From: a virus
Lineage: Duplodnaviria > Caudoviricetes
DNA: 64,000 nucleotides
IMG/VR virus record: IMGVR_UViG_3300012943_000004
Span: 13,829-77,828 of that record
Reading direction: 5' to 3' (one strand)
Below are positions 53,514-62,520 of this stretch, piece by piece. Positions within the stretch are counted from its first letter, which is position 1. Each line of letters opens with the position of its first letter. Below the pieces are notes generated by a model. That model had not been told where the DNA came from and did not search any database. It saw only the letters and a program-made list of their open reading frames with translations. Made by a program: the position numbers and the translations under genes.

Positions 53514-54093
53514 CAAGTGGGCCGGCTGGGGAGACTATCTTCTCAATGATTACAAGGCTCCAAAGCCAGGCAAGTCGATTCCGCACCCTCTTCCTGAAGG
53601 CATAGATGGGATTGATCGCCTTATTGAAGTCTGCGGAAACGACAAACAGCGAGCCGTAATTGGCCTTTGCGGATACGCTGGCCTTCGCGTGGGCGAAGCG
53701 ATTAGTATTAGTCCTCGCGACATCGAACCTCGGGACATGATGCTGACGGTTCGAGGGAAGGGCGATAAGGTCCGTAAGATTCCCATGTCGCAGAAGTGTT
53801 GGGAAGCTCTCAACGGAGCTTATGTAACCGCTTGCTTAACAAAGCAAAAGACACTCGTTTCCTACAATGACAGGTCAGTACGAAGAATGATAACCCTTCT
53901 AGGCGAGAGGGCCGGCTTATCGAGGCCGATCGCAAGCCACGATCTGCGAGCTACCTTCGGGACCGCTGTCTTTAATAAGACTGGCAACCTTCGAACGGCC
54001 CAGGAGCTCCTTGGACACAGTAGTTCGGCCACGACCGAGATCTATACCGGAGTCGACCTCAAGCAGATGCGTGATGGAGTTGATTTCGAATGA
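53257..54093 (+). CDS. Tyrosine recombinase (XerC/D-like)
   Basis: AGLRVGE (R), RGKGDKVR (K), HDLR, LLGHSS, TEIY catalytic residues. Confidence 0.92.
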   Translation: MPQEKVTTLTLGTIDQFRNWFLERGLSENGAKAYCTDLRMLLQAAKVEAIPQDRFERASALWLNSTKSLLAPRTTQRRLAALRSYSKWAGWGDYLLNDYKAPKPGKSIPHPLPEGIDGIDRLIEVCGNDKQRAVIGLCGYAGLRVGEAISISPRDIEPRDMMLTVRGKGDKVRKIPMSQKCWEALNGAYVTACLTKQKTLVSYNDRSVRRMITLLGERAGLSRPIASHDLRATFGTAVFNKTGNLRTAQELLGHSSSATTEIYTGVDLKQMRDGVDFE

Positions 54094-54452
54094 GTCTTAC
54101 GCCGAGTTATTTTGTTCTAGTTGGCGACCCAGACTCTGACTGCTGGAGTATTGCGGTAAACTCTAAGCTTCGTAACGAAGCTGTCGTTGAGTATAACCTC
54201 TTGAAGTCTGACGGAACGCCGTCCATCTTCATTGATACTTCAGATTTTATAGACAGTACCGAAATGGCGTTCCAAAAGGCAAATATCAAGAAGGAGCCAG
54301 GAGGATACTCCTGGTGCCTAACCTGCCCATGCGGACAAGTTAAGGGTTTCTACACTCAAACCAATGCTCTGTTCTTTTTTGATTTTCATAGGAGAAACGC
54401 ATGCCTGTATTACCGCGGCCTGGAACGAAAGTCAAACGCACAGGGCGAATGA
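54090..54452 (+). CDS. Hypothetical protein (CPCG...HRRNAC zinc motif)
   Basis: 120 aa; ATGA overlap. Confidence 0.7.
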   Translation: MSLTPSYFVLVGDPDSDCWSIAVNSKLRNEAVVEYNLLKSDGTPSIFIDTSDFIDSTEMAFQKANIKKEPGGYSWCLTCPCGQVKGFYTQTNALFFFDFHRRNACLYYRGLERKSNAQGE

Positions 54453-55126
54453 AGTTCCTGACAGGCTTCTGTGGCCTTGGCCAGTGTGAGGGAACTAAGT
54501 TTAAATCTCCAGCAGGGACGCCGTATCCCACTTGTCCCTGGTGGGATACTTGCCCCTGCAAGTGCCATGCAGATCTTGACGAGATGTACGAGATGGCAGG
54601 CATCGAAAGAGTCCTGGTCAGGTCCGATTATGTTCCAGATTTAGGCAGCTTTGTGCCTATTGACGTCATAATCGATGAGGTCAATGCGACCCGCTTTAAT
54701 TCCGTCGGTACAATCGCACCCCATAGCCACGAGGGAACCGTGGCGACACCAGCGGTTGTCGTGGCTGGGCATGCATTCGCGGACACACCGACCGGCAGGA
54801 AGGCCCGAGGTAGGCTAGAATACGAAGTTCTCGAGGTCTGTCTAGCATGGGATATGGGAGTCTATGATTGGGATGCATGTACTCCAAAGAATATCTCAGA
54901 AGAGCTTGCGACCCGCAATCAGTCGATCCCGCCTTCGACCGGAGCGATTAGTGCCGTGTGGGAAAGATGGGCTTCTATTGGGTTCTGCGAGACAGCGAAG
55001 AAGCCACTTCGGATGGTGAGATCCGAGTTCAAGTTCAGCGCTCAGGAGCTCGACAAGCTAAAGTCAAGCGCTCGCAAAAAATCTGCCATGTTTAAGTCAG
55101 CCCAAAAGAGGGGTATAAAAGTATGA
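54401..55126 (+). CDS. Cys-rich N-terminus plus winged-HTH-like protein (PSTGAISA family, copy C)
   Basis: FCGLGQC...CPWWDTCPCKCH; TPKNISEEL...PSTGAISAVWERWASIGF. Confidence 0.7.
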   Translation: MPVLPRPGTKVKRTGRMKFLTGFCGLGQCEGTKFKSPAGTPYPTCPWWDTCPCKCHADLDEMYEMAGIERVLVRSDYVPDLGSFVPIDVIIDEVNATRFNSVGTIAPHSHEGTVATPAVVVAGHAFADTPTGRKARGRLEYEVLEVCLAWDMGVYDWDACTPKNISEELATRNQSIPPSTGAISAVWERWASIGFCETAKKPLRMVRSEFKFSAQELDKLKSSARKKSAMFKSAQKRGIKV

Positions 55127-55329
55127 ACGAAGCGGGCCAAGCAGAGATCATGCGCCTCGCGGCGGATCCTGACTTTATCGAGCTTGTAAATACCAAAGCG
55201 GGCGAGGCTATGGCAGACCTCCTTTCTTTCGGCGAAGCGACAGTCATTCACAACGGGTGGATTATCAACATCACAGTTGTAAACGACGTTCTTAACTTCG
55301 AGATTATCCCTCCAGGAGCTATTGCATGA
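55123..55329 (+). CDS. Hypothetical protein
   Basis: 68 aa; ATGA overlaps. Confidence 0.7.
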   Translation: MNEAGQAEIMRLAADPDFIELVNTKAGEAMADLLSFGEATVIHNGWIINITVVNDVLNFEIIPPGAIA

Positions 55330-55808
55330 GGCATATAGGCTTTACTGGAACCCGAAAGGGCATGACCGAAGAGCAGCGGTTAGCCTTGGTCGACCTCTTT
55401 TATAGCATTGACCTACTTCGAACCCTGGATCCGTACACAGGTCACTACCGTAATGAGATGTATTTTCATCACGGAGATTGCAAAGGATCAGACGTTACGG
55501 CTCATGCGCTTGCGCGCTCTGTCGGATGGCTAGTTATTTCTCATCCCCCCGAGAACTCCGGGCATCGCGCATGGTGTACAGGCAGTTATCAGGTACGCTC
55601 AGCTGCGCCCTACTTGACTCGCAACCTTAATATCGTGAATGAGTCCGACCTCTTAATTGCAACTCCATTGGAGTCTGAGATGATTACGAGGTCGGGCACG
55701 TGGACGACAATTCGTAGAGCTTACGATAGAGGCCTTCATACTAAGATTATCTTCCCCGATGGACGAACCGAGGATTTTATGAGTGGCTATGACCTACACA
55801 AAAGGTGA
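55326..55808 (+). CDS. SLOG-superfamily (YspA/DprA-like Rossmannoid) protein
   Basis: IGFTGTR, HHGDCKGSD, RNLNIVNESDLLIATP, SGTWTTIRRA. Confidence 0.78.
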   Translation: MRHIGFTGTRKGMTEEQRLALVDLFYSIDLLRTLDPYTGHYRNEMYFHHGDCKGSDVTAHALARSVGWLVISHPPENSGHRAWCTGSYQVRSAAPYLTRNLNIVNESDLLIATPLESEMITRSGTWTTIRRAYDRGLHTKIIFPDGRTEDFMSGYDLHKR

Positions 55809-56064
55809 GCGAATCGAGTTGCCAAACAAGTATTTCTTCTATACGTTTGATCAGATTCGTGGATTCCTCCAGGTGAGCGAGATTACTTTCAGTAGGTTTA
55901 TTCACTATGAAGGAATCTCGCCAGGCTTCTGCCCAAAGACCATGATTAAAGCAGTAAACCTTGCCCCAACTGACGAGGAGCCTGTTTGGAGGGTATCCGA
56001 GCAGGCATTTAAGAACTTCCTTCGTGCGAAGGGAATCAAGTTCTATACACGAGGCTTCGTATAA
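55783..56064 (+). CDS. Excisionase/MerR-like HTH protein
   Basis: YTFDQIRGFLQVSEITFSRFI...IKAVNL...WRVSEQAFKNFL. Confidence 0.65.
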   Translation: MAMTYTKGERIELPNKYFFYTFDQIRGFLQVSEITFSRFIHYEGISPGFCPKTMIKAVNLAPTDEEPVWRVSEQAFKNFLRAKGIKFYTRGFV

Positions 56065-56138
56065 CATGACTGATTCTTCAGAGTCCGATAACTCAATGAG
56101 TTGCTAGATATCATGCTAAATGATACGATTGGACAACA

Positions 56139-56609
56139 ATGAGTAACAAGGCAGTCCGATACGCCGAGGATATCCTTGAGGTGCATGAGGTCTTTGATAA
56201 GGCCTCTTCTGTCCTCGAGGACATGGATCGTCTTCGGGCTAATATCACCAAGTTGGTTTCAGAGAAGCGAGAGCTAGCTGACAAGATTTTGGATCGTGAA
56301 GCTGTTCTTACGATCGAAGAGCGCGGAAACAATCCTCAGATGTCGGCCACGGCATTCGAATCTCATATCAAGACTGCACGACGAAATGATGCACAGCTGA
56401 TGATCTATAGACACCAGCAGCGTGAAGTTCAGGGCGGTCTTGATGAGTCTGATTCTAGCTTAGCGCACCTTAAAGAAGTTCTGGAAACCCTCCGGGCTCG
56501 AATGGTCGAGCTCAATGGCTACTTGGTTTATCTTGCAGCCGCTAAGAATGCAGAAACTCAAGCAAAGGAACCTCATGACAGTAGCTCCAACTGGCCCTCA
56601 ATCAACTGA
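56139..56609 (+). CDS. Coiled-coil hypothetical protein
   Basis: 156 aa heptad-rich sequence. Confidence 0.75.
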   Translation: MSNKAVRYAEDILEVHEVFDKASSVLEDMDRLRANITKLVSEKRELADKILDREAVLTIEERGNNPQMSATAFESHIKTARRNDAQLMIYRHQQREVQGGLDESDSSLAHLKEVLETLRARMVELNGYLVYLAAAKNAETQAKEPHDSSSNWPSIN

Positions 56610-57726
56610 TGTTGTTGCGTATGATCGATCTTCTTACGCTGGAATGGAACAGTTCGGCATGCAGGACGCCATTGTTCCAAGGCTCAACATCGTTCACAAA
56701 GAAGTAAAGTTTAAGGATTCACTTGCGCCTGACACTCTCTTTGATGTCCTAGACTGCATTGTTCTTGGTCTCGTAAAGCAGCGGCTCCTCTGGTTCCACA
56801 AGATTACAAACGAGGCCAACGTCAAGCCGATGTGTCAAGCACCATTCTTCTCCCTCGGCGTGCCGAACGTAAGCGAGGACACTCCTCGCGACCGGAGGTT
56901 TCCCTGGGAGCTTACCGCCTTCAATCCAGCAGACTATCCACCTCAGTCTGATGGAAACATTCATCTCCCCTGCGAAGCCTGCTCTCTGAAGGAGTGGGGC
57001 TCGCATCCTGCTGGCGACAAGCCGTATTGCCAGGAAACTTGGACGCTGCCTATCATGCGGCATTACGGCGATGGAGTCTTTTCTCCGGCAATTATCTCCT
57101 TCGCTAAGTCAGGGCTCGGGCCGCTCAAGTCGTTCTTCACTGTTTTCCTCCAGCGAAACGCTGCGCCATTCGAGAAGCTGACTCGAATCACGCTTAAAGA
57201 GCATTCAATGGGGGGGAACACTTACTCTAAGCCCGTATTTTCTATCGGCGAAGAAACCGATAGAAACGAATGGCGCACTTATGCTGTTCAGTACGGCCAG
57301 ATGAAGGGCTTTATCGAGCGCATGCCTGGACAGACCTCGTACGATGATGAGTATGAGGATCGAGGCGTAAGTGATGCGCAGTCGATCATCAATGATCAGA
57401 CGCAGGTAGTCGATCCTTGGGATACGCCTGATCCGTTCGCTACTGCAGCGTCACCGCCGCCCGTTGCTACGCCGCCAGCGCCGCCAGCGATGCCCGTTCA
57501 GCAGCCCGTAGCGGCCCCGCCAACGGCCCAGCAGCCCGTAGCCGTACCTCCGGTCCAGCAGCCGATTTCGACCCCACAAACGGCCACGCAACCCGTTGCG
57601 CCGCCACCTCCGCAAGCGCCTGTCGCACAGCCCTTAGTTGCGCCACCTCCGCAAGCGCCTGTCGCACAGCAGCCGGTAGCTGTTACCGCTCCGGCTGACG
57701 ACGATGATGATGATTTGCCTTTCTAA
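56575..57726 (+). CDS. Putative single-stranded DNA-binding / recombination protein
   Basis: Acidic DDDDDLPF C-terminus after a Pro/Ala/Gln linker; core with CEAC...C motif. Confidence 0.6.
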   Translation: MTVAPTGPQSTDVVAYDRSSYAGMEQFGMQDAIVPRLNIVHKEVKFKDSLAPDTLFDVLDCIVLGLVKQRLLWFHKITNEANVKPMCQAPFFSLGVPNVSEDTPRDRRFPWELTAFNPADYPPQSDGNIHLPCEACSLKEWGSHPAGDKPYCQETWTLPIMRHYGDGVFSPAIISFAKSGLGPLKSFFTVFLQRNAAPFEKLTRITLKEHSMGGNTYSKPVFSIGEETDRNEWRTYAVQYGQMKGFIERMPGQTSYDDEYEDRGVSDAQSIINDQTQVVDPWDTPDPFATAASPPPVATPPAPPAMPVQQPVAAPPTAQQPVAVPPVQQPISTPQTATQPVAPPPPQAPVAQPLVAPPPQAPVAQQPVAVTAPADDDDDDLPF

Positions 57727-57744
57727 GTAAAGGTATCCCTTTTC

Positions 57745-57787
57745 TGCCGGATTCCCTCGTTAATACCTGTATCGAGGGAATCCGGCA
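57745..57787 (+). terminator. 15-bp perfect hairpin after the SSB-like gene
   Basis: TGCCGGATTCCCTCG / CGAGGGAATCCGGCA. Confidence 0.65.
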
Positions 57788-57805
57788 CTCCTCTAAGGAC
57801 ACTCT

Positions 57806-58372
57806 TTGTTTAATATGAGTTTTGACGATTTGCCAGAGGAAGCCAAGCAGCAGGTCATTGAGCAAATAGCTCAGCAAAAGATGTATGCCGACCAGCAAGA
57901 CGAAGTGCAGCAGCAGATGATCGCTGATCTTCATTCGTTAAAACAGTTCCTTCATAGCCTTAATGAGGATCAGCTTAGCTTCATGGGCGCCTTCTTAAAG
58001 AGTGTACGAATGAATCCAGAGTACACTCTTTATATTGAAGGGCTGATTATGTCGAGACTCTCTTATGAGTTCCAAAGGTGTCTCGGATGTGGTAGAAACC
58101 ACGACGCCGAACTTGAGTCTGTTGTAGGCGACGGTTCCTCGGAGTCATATGAAACAGATCAGTCTACCCCCGCTGGCTGGGCGAACCTCGTTTCGAAGCT
58201 CGATTCCGAGTATGTCGCTAATATGGCTACATACAGGATGTCCCTAGTTGAGGGCAAGTTTCCGAAAGTAAAGTGCGCTAAGTGTGAAATGGTCTACGTT
58301 TCACTCGAAGACAGAATGCTCAATCAGCCGGACGAATGCTCCGGGTGTTACGTGAAGGATGGTTGGGGTTAA
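57806..58372 (+). CDS. Hypothetical protein with several CxxC motifs
   Basis: CLGCG, CAKC, CSGC. Confidence 0.75.
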   Translation: MFNMSFDDLPEEAKQQVIEQIAQQKMYADQQDEVQQQMIADLHSLKQFLHSLNEDQLSFMGAFLKSVRMNPEYTLYIEGLIMSRLSYEFQRCLGCGRNHDAELESVVGDGSSESYETDQSTPAGWANLVSKLDSEYVANMATYRMSLVEGKFPKVKCAKCEMVYVSLEDRMLNQPDECSGCYVKDGWG

Positions 58373-58857
58373 TGGGAAAGAAGCATAACCGCAAAGAGGG
58401 AGATTTCCCTCAGAAGGAACTCGATCCGGCTATTGAAAAGACAAAGAACTCCACAGAGAAACTCATGGCGGCGAATGCTGCTATGTGGAGGAATCTAGTC
58501 GAGCGTTGCTCTACGTTTGGTGCAACTCCAAACCTCGATGGAAACGAACTTCGATTCCAGGCTCTTCTCAAAACGCTTCTTGATTATCAGATCATCGACG
58601 AAGGCTTCATGGCAGACGTTGATAACACGTATCAGGTAACCGTCTCTAACATGATCGCTGGATTACTCGAACAGGCCAAGCAAGCCGAAGCGGAAATCCA
58701 AGCACGAAAGGCTTTCGTTAGGCCCGCTGGAGCAGCCGCTTCGAACTCTGCAGGCGCACTACATCTCCCGAACGGAAGAGTCCACAATGTCCCCAAGGCC
58801 GTCCCGCCCGTTTCCGAAGTCGTCCACCAAGCCGCGAACCAGGAGTCAGGTTCTTAG
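58372..58857 (+). CDS. Hypothetical protein
   Basis: TAATG-coupled start MGKKHNR. Confidence 0.75.
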   Translation: MGKKHNRKEGDFPQKELDPAIEKTKNSTEKLMAANAAMWRNLVERCSTFGATPNLDGNELRFQALLKTLLDYQIIDEGFMADVDNTYQVTVSNMIAGLLEQAKQAEAEIQARKAFVRPAGAAASNSAGALHLPNGRVHNVPKAVPPVSEVVHQAANQESGS

Positions 58858-59013
58858 TAGTCTAGTCACTACTTGCCCTGCATGCGAGGGCGACTTTTGT
58901 CAAAAGTGTATTGACGTAATACGTGGAGTGTATTCACGTGATCCTATCTGCACTTGCGAGAAGGTTTCTCATAGCCTCGCTGTACAAGCGGCTTTGGCTA
59001 TTCGTGGCGTTCA

Positions 59014-60513
59014 GTGGAGGGAGCAGGTCAAGTGACCTCCCCGTATAGCCGCAAGAGTCTCGAGCCGTATCTCTACGATACTGTAGAGTTCTACCCTCAT
59101 CAGGTAGACGGAGTTCGGACCCTTGCGCGTAAGCCTAGTTTCATTCTAGCCGACGATATGGGGCTTGGCAAGTCTCTTCAGTCATTGACTATCGTCGCCA
59201 TTGATGCTAAGTTACATCGAGCCTCAAAGATTCTTGTTGTATGTCCAGTCACTCTGAAGGGAAATTGGGCTGACGAGATTGAGAAGTTTACTCGATTCAA
59301 GTATCTCATCTTTGGCGAGGAAATTAACTCCAAGGGTAAGCGAAAAGCTCTCACTCCTCAGCAAAGAACCATTCAACTTCTTGAGTTCTTGGGCCATGAT
59401 GATACTGAAGTCAAGATCGTAATTGCCAACTATGAGCAGCTTACTAAGCATGTTCATGAGTTCAATCTTCATGGATTCGATATTGCGATCTTCGACGAAG
59501 CGCATTACTTACAGAACGCTGGAGCGAAGCGTACCGAAGCTGCGGTAGATCTCTCTACCAAGAGAACATTTCTACTTTCGGGCACTCCGATGTTGAATCA
59601 GGTAGATGGGCTCTGGGCACTTCTTTATAAATGCGATCCTGCTCGAACTGGAAACAACTGGTCTTTTACTAACCGATACTGCGTGTTCGGGGGATATAAA
59701 AACAAGCAGATAATTGGCGTCAAGAATGAAAAAGAACTTCGTGGACTCCTGCACAGCTACATGCTGCGCAGGATGAAGAAGGATGTTCTTGATCTACCTG
59801 ATGTCCAAATCATTCAGCGCAGAGTCGATTTGAAGGATGAGCAGAAAGAGCTCTATGACGAGGTAATCGAAGAGCTTAAACTTTCGGTGTTCGACCAGGA
59901 TGACCCGCAAGAGATAGAGAATGCGCTCACGAAGTTCCTCAGGCTGAAACAGATCTGCGGAACTACGTTCCCCTTTAGCGGAATTGATAACTCATCTAAG
60001 CTCGATCTTGCTATCGAGGATTCCGTCGAGATTCTCAAGCAGGAACCTAACAAGTTGGTCGTCTTTACGCAGTTTAGAGACGTACTAGAGTGTTATGCAA
60101 GTCGTCTAGAGGCTGCTAATCCAGATATTAATATCTGGGAGTTACATGGCGATATTCCAAAGGCAGATCGTATGCCTGTGGTTCGCGAGTGGTCAGCATG
60201 TAAGGAGCCAGCGGTTCTAGTTTGCATGCTCCAAGTAGCTGGCGTGGGCTTAAATATGACAACGGCCCGCCATGCCTTTTTCTTGGACAAACTGTTCACT
60301 CCTGGAATGAACCAGCAGGCAATCGACAGGCTTCATAGAATCGGGGCTTCCACTACGCAGGCCGTACAGGTTTTTGAGTACATCTGTAGAAACACAATCG
60401 AGAATCGTGTTGAACAGATTCTTCATCAGAAACGAAAGTTGTTCGGCATGGTGGTCGAGAAGTCTGATTTCAAAAAGCGGCTCATCGCTGCTCTTATGGC
60501 AGAGGAAGATTGA
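59014..60513 (+). CDS. SNF2-family (SF2) helicase
   Basis: ADDMGLGKS, FDEAH, LSGTPMLN, GVGLNMT, QAIDRLHRIG. Confidence 0.93.
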   Translation: MEGAGQVTSPYSRKSLEPYLYDTVEFYPHQVDGVRTLARKPSFILADDMGLGKSLQSLTIVAIDAKLHRASKILVVCPVTLKGNWADEIEKFTRFKYLIFGEEINSKGKRKALTPQQRTIQLLEFLGHDDTEVKIVIANYEQLTKHVHEFNLHGFDIAIFDEAHYLQNAGAKRTEAAVDLSTKRTFLLSGTPMLNQVDGLWALLYKCDPARTGNNWSFTNRYCVFGGYKNKQIIGVKNEKELRGLLHSYMLRRMKKDVLDLPDVQIIQRRVDLKDEQKELYDEVIEELKLSVFDQDDPQEIENALTKFLRLKQICGTTFPFSGIDNSSKLDLAIEDSVEILKQEPNKLVVFTQFRDVLECYASRLEAANPDINIWELHGDIPKADRMPVVREWSACKEPAVLVCMLQVAGVGLNMTTARHAFFLDKLFTPGMNQQAIDRLHRIGASTTQAVQVFEYICRNTIENRVEQILHQKRKLFGMVVEKSDFKKRLIAALMAEED

Positions 60514-60707
60514 TGGGAGATACACCTGAAACTCTATACCGAACGGGACAGGTCGCCAAGTTCTTTGGCGTCAAGACTGTAACCGTAGCTCGATGGATCA
60601 AGGAAGGAAAGATTAAAGCATATAAGCCTCTCGGAGAAAACGCTCACTGGAGAGTCCCAGAGTCTGAGGTAAAACGACTCCTCAATAAGAAGTACGGAGA
60701 CGAGTAA
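60510..60707 (+). CDS. MerR/excisionase-like HTH DNA-binding protein
   Basis: YRTGQVAKFFGVKTVTVARWIKEGKI...HWRVPESEV. Confidence 0.88.
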   Translation: MMGDTPETLYRTGQVAKFFGVKTVTVARWIKEGKIKAYKPLGENAHWRVPESEVKRLLNKKYGDE

Positions 60708-61279
60708 TGTCAGATTTGATGTTTTGGGTAGACCTTGAAACTACAGGACTGAATCCTGAAAAGGACGCTATCCTCGAGATTGGATTCAAGGTTACCGATC
60801 CGCAGGGCAGTACCGTAGATCAGTTCTCTAGAGTCCTTCGTGGCACGTCTGGTTACTACCATGACGCAATCGCTACAGCGAAGCTCAATCCGGTCGTAAA
60901 CGATATGCACTCATCGTCTGGCCTGTGGTCGGATCTTGAGTCTGTAAATATTTCAACTCCGTTCTGGACGGGATTCCAGGAGACTCGCGATTGGATTCAT
61001 GATCTCGTAGGTGACTCGAAGCCTCCCCTGTGTGGATCCTCTGTTGACTTTGACAGAGGATTTCTGAACAGGCACTGTCCTAGCTTGGCGGCGCTTTTTC
61101 ACTACCGCGTTGTTGATGTCTCTTCGATTTGTGAAGCCATGAAGTACAGCAACTACTCCTTATGGAAGCGCGCTGAGGAGGAGTGTGAATCTCGAAAGAT
61201 CCACAGAGTGATCCCCGACCTGGTTGACTCCATTGGGTACTGGAAGTGGCTATGCCAGAATTACCTTCGCACGTCCTGA
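60707..61279 (+). CDS. orn: Oligoribonuclease (DEDDh exonuclease)
   Basis: WVDLETTGL, ILEIG, PLCGSSVDFDRGFL, FHYRVVDVSS, HR...D. Confidence 0.85.
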   Translation: MSDLMFWVDLETTGLNPEKDAILEIGFKVTDPQGSTVDQFSRVLRGTSGYYHDAIATAKLNPVVNDMHSSSGLWSDLESVNISTPFWTGFQETRDWIHDLVGDSKPPLCGSSVDFDRGFLNRHCPSLAALFHYRVVDVSSICEAMKYSNYSLWKRAEEECESRKIHRVIPDLVDSIGYWKWLCQNYLRTS

Positions 61280-61545
61280 ACGAAATTAAAACGCTCAACA
61301 TTGTAACTTGGAATGAGCGTTCCGAAGAACTTAACGGCTTCGTAATCATAGAGGACGGACGAGTTCTTGAAGTAAGATCAAACAAGGGTGAACTTATCGA
61401 TATGAATAAGTTTCCAATCCTTAGAGGCGAATTACAGACCCTTGTTCAGCGACAAACATATCTCCGTGGACAGGAGATTCAAAAACAAGTCCATCAACAA
61501 GCTCGGGATGCTTCTTTAGCAGGAGGAGATTCTAATGAAAATTAA
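61246..61545 (+). CDS. Hypothetical protein
   Basis: 99 aa within the operon. Confidence 0.65.
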   Translation: MAMPELPSHVLNEIKTLNIVTWNERSEELNGFVIIEDGRVLEVRSNKGELIDMNKFPILRGELQTLVQRQTYLRGQEIQKQVHQQARDASLAGGDSNEN

Positions 61546-62053
61546 ACTCTTTTGTGTAGCGCTGTCTGGCCTTATGGTCGGAACCGCGATGCTCGCGTCA
61601 TCTGCGAAAGCAGATACAAACGGCGAGGGTGGCGAGAAGCCTACCTGTATCGTGATGGGTGGATACAGTGGACACTGTACCAATAATGGAAAGGTAGCCG
61701 AAGGTGTAATCTTTGGCTGTCAGACCGATTTCAGTGGCGAGAAGCATTTTGCCACAATCGGAGCATCTTTTCATTTGGGTGCAATTCGCATGCTTGTTCA
61801 CGCGCCGTTCCACGACAAGCACACCTTCTGGAATGAATCAAAAAACTTCCACTCTATTGAGTGGAACGATGGCGAGCGCCTTGACAATCCAGGTATTCAG
61901 TTCTCGATCATTCGTGAGCCTGGTGCGACCAGTACGTGGATTCAGCGAGCCTGGATTCGTTGCTGTGCGTGCGACGGATTAAAGCTGAGCCCCAAAGAAC
62001 ATACCCTTGATCTCGCCGCTACAGCACAGCGTCGATACGCTCTTATCAGGTAG
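61535..62053 (+). CDS. Secreted hypothetical protein
   Basis: Signal peptide ending in AKA; AGGAGG RBS. Confidence 0.75.
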   Translation: MKIKLFCVALSGLMVGTAMLASSAKADTNGEGGEKPTCIVMGGYSGHCTNNGKVAEGVIFGCQTDFSGEKHFATIGASFHLGAIRMLVHAPFHDKHTFWNESKNFHSIEWNDGERLDNPGIQFSIIREPGATSTWIQRAWIRCCACDGLKLSPKEHTLDLAATAQRRYALIR

Positions 62054-62060
62054 CAGAAAA

Positions 62061-62153
62061 ATGAACTCAGGTTGTTGTCTTATGATATTCGCTGCCGTTG
62101 CAGTCTTTCTGTACTTCTTGGTTAGCATTATCGTAGGAATGTTAGTCCTATGA
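62061..62153 (+). CDS. Small membrane peptide (30 aa)
   Basis: Hydrophobic MNSGCCLMIFAAVAVFLYFLVSIIVGMLVL; ATGA overlap with the next ORF. Confidence 0.45.
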   Translation: MNSGCCLMIFAAVAVFLYFLVSIIVGMLVL

Positions 62154-62329
62154 GGCGGTGGCGTTGTCTGCTTAGACACAGATGGGAACCGCGTGCGCAT
62201 TGGGTTACTCGACGGATCTGTAGACGGTGCAACATTTATCAGACCCTCGACTCTGACGGCAAGCGATGGTTAGAACATGGTTACTATCCAAAAGGACTTA
62301 ACCGCGCCGACATGGAGGCCGAGCGATGA
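62150..62329 (+). CDS. Small zinc-binding protein (59 aa)
   Basis: CLLRHRW...ICRRC motif; ATGA overlaps at both ends. Confidence 0.6.
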   Translation: MRRWRCLLRHRWEPRAHWVTRRICRRCNIYQTLDSDGKRWLEHGYYPKGLNRADMEAER

Positions 62330-62514
62330 AAGGCGACTGGTGCCCCATCGGCCCTCTGAACCTACATACGCTCAACTACGAGCGGACTGAGTGCATCTGG
62401 TGTGGCCCGAATCGGCTCGCGTGGAAGCCGGGCCGTTGGGTTGACATCGGCAACGACTCTCGCGCCTGGTCGGCAACACCTCAAGAACCTGTGAACTCTA
62501 CTGAAAAGAAGTGA
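62326..62514 (+). CDS. Small hypothetical protein
   Basis: CPIG...H...CIWCG; GGAGG RBS. Confidence 0.7.
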   Translation: MKGDWCPIGPLNLHTLNYERTECIWCGPNRLAWKPGRWVDIGNDSRAWSATPQEPVNSTEKK

Positions 62515-62520
62515 TCCCAA

